Positions 23,480 to 28,827 of a stretch of 28,827 nucleotides of DNA are shown here, piece by piece. Each line of letters opens with the position of its first letter. Within the stretch, counting starts at the first letter, position 1. The notes below the pieces were generated by a model, which worked only from the letters and a program-made list of their open reading frames with translations, was not told where the DNA came from and made no database searches. A program made the translations under genes and the position numbers. The stretch lies in contig DAOWNM010000001.1 in assembly GCA_030642565.1 (NCBI GenBank), forward strand, positions 1 through 28,827, written 5' to 3'. The DNA is from Bacteroidota bacterium (lineage in GTDB: Bacteria > Bacteroidota > Bacteroidia > Bacteroidales > GCA-2748055).

Positions 23480-26014
23480 ATGAGAAGAGTTCTGTTATTA
23501 TCTTTCCTGATATTACTTTCTGCTCCGGCCCTGATTTTTGCACAGAGAGATTCGATACGCCCCATTTTTCTGAATGCAGAGTCATGGTTCCTGTTTGAAG
23601 CGTATTCCGATGCCCTTCCCCTTTACGAGTCCCTTCTTAAAGCGGACCCGGGCAATAACAACCTCAACTACAAAATCGGCATATGCCTCCTGAACGATCC
23701 CTACCAGAAAGACAAAGCGATCCAGTACCTGCTTGAGGCAAGCAGCAACATCAACCCATCTTATAAAGAGAACAACTTCAAAGAACGGACAGCCCCGCCC
23801 GATGCGCTCTACTATCTGGGCAATGCTTACCTGGTCAATGAACTGCTCAACCGTGCCATTGAGTCCTACGAGGAGTTCCTTGAGGTAATGGACCACGAGG
23901 TGTATGATGAAGAGCTTGTTCTGGCACAGATCCGCTCCTGTAAAAATGCGCAACGACTCAAAACCATGCCGGTGGATATCGATCTTACCCTGATCGATTC
24001 TCTTATCAATACTCATTATTCCGATATACACCCTGTGGTGTCGGGCGATGGAACAAAACTGGCATTTGTAACCGTACTGCCATTCTATGACGGGGCCTTC
24101 TATACCGAAAAGAGGGAGGATGGATGGTCCTATCCCCAGATGATTACTCAAATGATGGGATTTGATGCAGATGTCTATCCGGTAGCCCTCTCCCACGATG
24201 GAACCGAAATGATCCTCTATTACGACGATGATTATGTCGGGAACCTCTATTACAGCAAGCTTGAGGATGGTCTGTGGACAACAGCCACCAAAATGGGTGA
24301 AAACATATCCACCAAATTCTGGGAATCTCATGCCAGTTTCAGCAGAGATGGCCAGACACTCTATTTCACCAGTAACCGGAAAGGAACCAGCGGCGGTCTT
24401 GATATCTATATGTCTGAGCTTCAGCCCAATGGGAAATGGGGCATCCCCGTAAACCTGGGAACCACCATCAACACCCGCTACAATGAGGAGTGCCCCTATA
24501 TCAGTGAAGATGGCCAGACCCTTTACTTTAGTTCATACGGTCATTACAACATGGGAGGGTATGACATCTTTTACTCCAAAAAGAACAAGGATGGCACCTG
24601 GGCAGAACCTGTCAATATAGGTTATCCCATCAATACAACTGACGACGACCTCTTTTTCCAGCCCATCAATAACGGCAATGGAGCGTATTATTCCCTGTAC
24701 AGTCCCAGTGGCATCGGACTTCACGATATCTATTACATGAACATCTATTCGGTGAACAATCCCCGATTCTACTCCGTTACCGGCAATTTCCGCACGGAAG
24801 ACGGCAGGATTGATTCTACCCGTATGGCCATCTACGTGATCGATACCGGCAGCGGCGACACACTTATTTACACCACACCGACAGAAGAGGGAGCGTTTGC
24901 CTTCGAACTGAAACAGGGAATCTATAAGCTTCATTTCAAAGGTGAAGGATATGAGGAACTTATCAGGCCACTTCAAATCAATGCCGGGTCAGAAAAGGAA
25001 GGGATCACACTTGCTAACAACATTGAGCTCACACTCATTGAAGAAGAGGCCGAACTGTATGAAGGTGAAGAGAGCAAAATTAAGCTGACGGAATCACAGT
25101 ATGAAGGAGTGGCAAATGTCGCTATTATTGTACCTGTCAATGTACCTAAAGGGAGTACCGTTATTATCAGGACCTACCAGGATTCTACGCTGATCCGCAC
25201 GGATACCATTGTGACAGAGAAACGGAAAACCAACCTGCAGATTGTTCCCCTGCCGGGCAGCAGTGAGGTGGAGCTGGAAATGACCGATAAAAAGGGGAAC
25301 ATTCACAGGAACCGCTTTACAGTGGTGGGCAGCGAACCTGTGGGATTGGCTTCACCGCAGGAAGTTGAGACGGTGGATATTGCTGATGAGCAGCCAGCGA
25401 CCCCGGCAGATCCCATCTATGAGGATCCAATTGGAATCATGATGTTGCAGCTGAAAAGCAGGTCCGATAGCGCCCTTCATGATGAGCTGGTCAGGCAGTT
25501 GCTGATTGAGCAGTCAGACGGACCACTGAAAGAGTATCTGCAGCAACTGGACCTGGAAGCTGAAGGTATCCACACTGACCAGGAGCTACTCGGTCACCTG
25601 GAGAAAGTGGCTGAAGCAGAGGGTTTTACCATGGACGATGTTAGGAAGGCAATGCTGGAGAGCCTGGAGAGGCCGCTGGAGGTTGATCATCTATATGAAG
25701 AGCTGCTCAATACCAGCGATGGAATAATCAAAGATATACTGGAATCACTGGATCTTCGCGGCGAGGAGATCTATACAGTCGATGAATTGATCGATCTGCT
25801 ATCCAGAGAACTGGAGGAGAGAGGAGAGAGCAGGAAGGAGATTGAAAAGTTACTCTCCGAACTGTTTGGAGAACAGTATAGCGGGAGCGATACCCCCAAC
25901 AATAAAACAGGTTGGCCCCTGCTGGTGCTGCTTGCTGTTGCAGGTTCCGGGCTCATCTGGTTGATCATCGCCTGGTGGAGGCGCCGGGAAAAAAGGGAGA
26001 AACAGGGAGATTAA
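23480..26014 (+). CDS. Exported TPR + PD40 propeller + beta-sandwich protein with helical repeats and a C-terminal TM anchor (PorE-like, no OmpA domain)
   Basis: Signal peptide ending IFA-Q; TPRs; PD40 motifs SFSRDGQTLYFTSNR and ISEDGQTLYFSS; SVTGNFRTEDG beta-sandwich; WPLLVLLAVAGSGLIWLIIAWW-RRREK end. ATG 23480 preferred. Confidence 0.82.
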   Translation: MRRVLLLSFLILLSAPALIFAQRDSIRPIFLNAESWFLFEAYSDALPLYESLLKADPGNNNLNYKIGICLLNDPYQKDKAIQYLLEASSNINPSYKENNFKERTAPPDALYYLGNAYLVNELLNRAIESYEEFLEVMDHEVYDEELVLAQIRSCKNAQRLKTMPVDIDLTLIDSLINTHYSDIHPVVSGDGTKLAFVTVLPFYDGAFYTEKREDGWSYPQMITQMMGFDADVYPVALSHDGTEMILYYDDDYVGNLYYSKLEDGLWTTATKMGENISTKFWESHASFSRDGQTLYFTSNRKGTSGGLDIYMSELQPNGKWGIPVNLGTTINTRYNEECPYISEDGQTLYFSSYGHYNMGGYDIFYSKKNKDGTWAEPVNIGYPINTTDDDLFFQPINNGNGAYYSLYSPSGIGLHDIYYMNIYSVNNPRFYSVTGNFRTEDGRIDSTRMAIYVIDTGSGDTLIYTTPTEEGAFAFELKQGIYKLHFKGEGYEELIRPLQINAGSEKEGITLANNIELTLIEEEAELYEGEESKIKLTESQYEGVANVAIIVPVNVPKGSTVIIRTYQDSTLIRTDTIVTEKRKTNLQIVPLPGSSEVELEMTDKKGNIHRNRFTVVGSEPVGLASPQEVETVDIADEQPATPADPIYEDPIGIMMLQLKSRSDSALHDELVRQLLIEQSDGPLKEYLQQLDLEAEGIHTDQELLGHLEKVAEAEGFTMDDVRKAMLESLERPLEVDHLYEELLNTSDGIIKDILESLDLRGEEIYTVDELIDLLSRELEERGESRKEIEKLLSELFGEQYSGSDTPNNKTGWPLLVLLAVAGSGLIWLIIAWWRRREKREKQGD

Positions 26015-26073
26015 TCAACGGTTTTATCGCGATCTCTATTCTCCATATTTTATTGTACTGTCAATTAAATTTT

Positions 26074-26081
26074 TAAATTTG
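26074..26081 (+). promoter_or_regulatory. Bacteroidota -7 box (TAAATTTG) upstream of the OmpA-domain gene
   Basis: Exact TAnnTTTG 26 nt before ATG 26108, with a TTG at 26053-26055 as a possible -33 element. Confidence 0.55.
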
Positions 26082-26107
26082 TAGTATTCACGCTAAATCC
26101 ACCCGAA

Positions 26108-27898
26108 ATGAGAAGGCTTTTCCTGTTCACGTCTTTTTGTCTTCTATCTTCAATTATCCTTGCCCAGAACGTCAGGGTTGACTTTAACGATGGTGAGTTC
26201 TTTCTTGCTGAGGAGGACTACGAGGAGGCCCTGTATGCCTTCGGGAAAGTGTATAACAAGGGATACCAGGACAACGCATATATTAACTACCGGTTGGGAT
26301 TATGTCTGATCAATATTCCCGGGCGAAAAACTGAATCAATCCCCTACCTGGAAAAAGCAGAAGAGAGCATTTCGACCAATGCAAAGGAGGGGAAATTTGG
26401 AGAGAAGAATGCCCCGCCTGTAACTCTTTTATACCTTGGTAATGCTTACAGGATCAATATGGAGATTGATAAAGCCATTGAGAAGTATAACACATTTGCC
26501 AAATATATAGATTCCAAAGATGAAACCTTGCAGGCCTATGTGGACCAGCAGATCGTTGCCTGCGGAAATGCACTGGTGGGAACCACCAGTCCTGTTGAAT
26601 ATAAGATTGGGAACCTGGGACAGCTCCAGGAGACCCATACATCGAGGTATAACATGATGGTATCGGGCGACCTCCAGACCATGGCCTTCATGGGGAAAAA
26701 TCCGTTTTACAGTGGTGTCTACGTGGCAGTTAAGAACGGCGACGTATGGGGCAAACCAATGAACATTACCCCCTCCATCGCTTCTGACGGGAATATGGAC
26801 GTGGTAGGGTTGTCCAACGACGGCAAAGAGATGCTGCTGGCTGTTAGAGACGAATTTACAAGCAACATCTATATCTCAGTCTATGAGAACAAACGATGGA
26901 ACCCGGCAGTCTCCATGGGCAAGCCAGTTAACTCCAGGTATTACGAGGCACATGCAACTCTTTCGCCAGATGGCAAATCGATCTACTTCTCCAGTAACCG
27001 GAAAGAGTCTTTGGGTGGGATGGATATCTTCAGGTGCGACATGTTGGACAATGGCGCCTGGGGAGAGCCCGTCAACCTGGGGCCGGCTATCAATACCATG
27101 CTGAATGAGGACGTACCGGTAATGAGTCCGGATGGAAAACGGCTCTATTTCTGTTCACAGGGACACAGTACCATGGGAGGATTCGATGTATTCTATTCGG
27201 AGTTGCTTGAAGATGGCAGCTGGCACGATGTACCTGTCAACCTGGGCTACCCTCTGAACACCTCCGATGATGACTACACCTTTTCACCCATGGGAGTGAA
27301 GGAGGAGAACAGCTCATTCATATTTACTCAGGGAAAAACGCTGGAATATGATCTCTATAAATACGCGATGATAGGCCGCAACGAAACACCTGTTCCAGTC
27401 AGCATGGACGAAGAGGAGGAGGTGGCAGAAGAGGCAGTGGCAGAAGAGATACCGGAACCAGAACAAAAGGCTCCACCGGAGAAATACTACTTGAGGCCCA
27501 TCTATTTTGGTTTTGACAGCGATGTACTTTCCAGAGAGGGCATATCAAGACTGGATATCCTCACATCCATTCTGGAGAAACATCCCACGCTACAGCTTGA
27601 AATTACCGGGCACACCGATGCCAAGGGCACCTTCGACTACAACCAGCGTCTCTCTGTTAATCGCGCAAAATCCGTATACATGTACCTGATACTTAACGGC
27701 ATTTCAAACGATCGAATGATCGCAACCGGGATGAGTGAGAGCGAGCACGTGGCCAGGAACACAACAAGAGATGAGAGAGATGCTCCCGATGGCAGGAAGC
27801 TGAACCGGAGGGTTGAATTCAAGGTTGGCATTTCGGAAGATGTGATTATCGAAATGGCAAAAGTGGAGGTTCCTGACTATTTGAAACTGGATGAGTAG
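26108..27898 (+). CDS. TPR + PD40 + OmpA_C peptidoglycan-binding protein (PorE-like)
   Basis: Signal peptide ending ILA-Q; TPRs; LSPDGKSIYFSSNR, MSPDGKRLYF; OmpA_C motifs GHTDAKGTFDYNQRLSVNRAKSV and NRRVEF. Confidence 0.9.
   Translation: MRRLFLFTSFCLLSSIILAQNVRVDFNDGEFFLAEEDYEEALYAFGKVYNKGYQDNAYINYRLGLCLINIPGRKTESIPYLEKAEESISTNAKEGKFGEKNAPPVTLLYLGNAYRINMEIDKAIEKYNTFAKYIDSKDETLQAYVDQQIVACGNALVGTTSPVEYKIGNLGQLQETHTSRYNMMVSGDLQTMAFMGKNPFYSGVYVAVKNGDVWGKPMNITPSIASDGNMDVVGLSNDGKEMLLAVRDEFTSNIYISVYENKRWNPAVSMGKPVNSRYYEAHATLSPDGKSIYFSSNRKESLGGMDIFRCDMLDNGAWGEPVNLGPAINTMLNEDVPVMSPDGKRLYFCSQGHSTMGGFDVFYSELLEDGSWHDVPVNLGYPLNTSDDDYTFSPMGVKEENSSFIFTQGKTLEYDLYKYAMIGRNETPVPVSMDEEEEVAEEAVAEEIPEPEQKAPPEKYYLRPIYFGFDSDVLSREGISRLDILTSILEKHPTLQLEITGHTDAKGTFDYNQRLSVNRAKSVYMYLILNGISNDRMIATGMSESEHVARNTTRDERDAPDGRKLNRRVEFKVGISEDVIIEMAKVEVPDYLKLDE
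27422..27448. repeat. GTGGCAGAAGAG repeated with 15-bp period in the acidic linker (VAEEA-VAEEI)
   Basis: Copies at 27422-27433 and 27437-27448. Confidence 0.8.
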
Positions 27899-27917
27899 TT
27901 TTATAAGCCTGAAAGGT

Positions 27918-28827
27918 ATGAAGAGACACCTGTCTTTGTCCATATTGCTTTGTATGGTTACAGTCTCCCTCCTGGCCCAGACAGCAGAGACCAATTTTTA
28001 CGATGCACTCTTTTTCTATGAAGAGGAGGAGGATTTCCAGGAGGCGGGTTATCTGTTTTATGAGGTTCTCAGTTTTGAGCCCAACAACGCCAATGTCAAG
28101 TTCCTGCTGGGCAAATGTTACAACAACATCCAGGGATCGGAACACAAAGGGATTCCCTACCTGAAACAGGCTACCCAAAATGTCACCCTGAAATACAAAA
28201 GCAACAAGTATTCAGAAAAACGGGCCCCTCACCACACCTGGTTCTACCTGGCGGAGGCATATATCAAAACCAACCAGATGGATAAAGCACTTGATGCCCT
28301 CAACAGCTTCCGGGATCTGAAAGATTTTGAAAAAAAATACAATGCCCGGATCACCGAAGAGGCCATACTGGCAGTGGAAAGAGCCAAGATTATCAAGGAT
28401 GCTGAAATCAATATGCGGGGACTCTATTTCAATGAACCCATCAACAGTCCCAGTGATGACTACAACGGAGTGATCTCCGGAAATGGCAAGGTGATGGTCT
28501 GGGCCAATAGCAAGACCTTCTACGAGGCGGTCTATATGTCCATCAGAGAGAACGACCAGTGGGGGCTTCCTCTGTTAATTACACCCCAGATCGTTTCGGA
28601 CGGCGACCTCCTGCCGGCAGGGCTCTCCTACGACGGAACAAGCCTCCTGCTGGTCAAAACCGACAAAAGGGGTAATACCGACATCTGGTTAAGCCGCTTC
28701 AATGGCAACATCTGGAGTCCGGCCGAACCGCTCAAAGGAGCGATTAACTCCAACAGCGACGAGGATCACGCCTCTTTCAGTCCGGACGGCCGGTATATCT
28801 ATTTCTCCAGCGACCGGCGTGGTGGAG
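27918..28827 (+). CDS. Third TPR + PD40 paralog, 3'-truncated by the window edge (absent from the ORF track)
   Basis: Open from ATG 27918: MKRHLSLSILLCMVTVSLLA-QTAETNFYDALFFYEEEEDFQEA...EPNNANVKFLLGKCY...ISGNGK...LSYDGT...HASFSPDGRYIYFSSDRRGG. Confidence 0.88.
   Translation, partial: MKRHLSLSILLCMVTVSLLAQTAETNFYDALFFYEEEEDFQEAGYLFYEVLSFEPNNANVKFLLGKCYNNIQGSEHKGIPYLKQATQNVTLKYKSNKYSEKRAPHHTWFYLAEAYIKTNQMDKALDALNSFRDLKDFEKKYNARITEEAILAVERAKIIKDAEINMRGLYFNEPINSPSDDYNGVISGNGKVMVWANSKTFYEAVYMSIRENDQWGLPLLITPQIVSDGDLLPAGLSYDGTSLLLVKTDKRGNTDIWLSRFNGNIWSPAEPLKGAINSNSDEDHASFSPDGRYIYFSSDRRGG

Overview
Bacteroidota (Bacteroidales-like) chromosomal window. The assignment rests on TAnnTTTG promoter boxes, Gln at +1 after signal peptides, and the family content. 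Left to right: a long-type urocanate hydratase (hutU) broken by a 4-bp tandem duplication; lemA-TPM-TPM-capA (+); a 5x16-bp tandem array at a convergent junction; a minus-strand run of three M23 peptidases, a second CapA-family gene, MerR, Nif3 and a C4 zinc-ribbon protein; alaS; an AT-rich two-gene insert encoding a RecQ-helicase/PRTase fusion plus a DprA-like protein (PsyrTA-like toxin-antitoxin/anti-phage module); a sodium:solute symporter; recR-lysA; a GT2 fusion glycosyltransferase; and three tandem TPR/PD40 (PorE-like) genes, the last truncated by the window edge. The best leads are (1) the PsyrTA-like insert, with a palindrome-rich leader, a C-terminal wHTH and a clamp-motif-like tail, (2) a PorE-like protein whose OmpA domain is replaced by a 2x67-aa helical repeat and a C-terminal membrane anchor, (3) the hutU frameshift, (4) a His-to-Cys change in one M23 paralog, and (5) the 16-bp array. 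No rRNA, tRNA, CRISPR array, transposase or integrase was recognised. All assignments come from motif recognition by eye; no searches were run.
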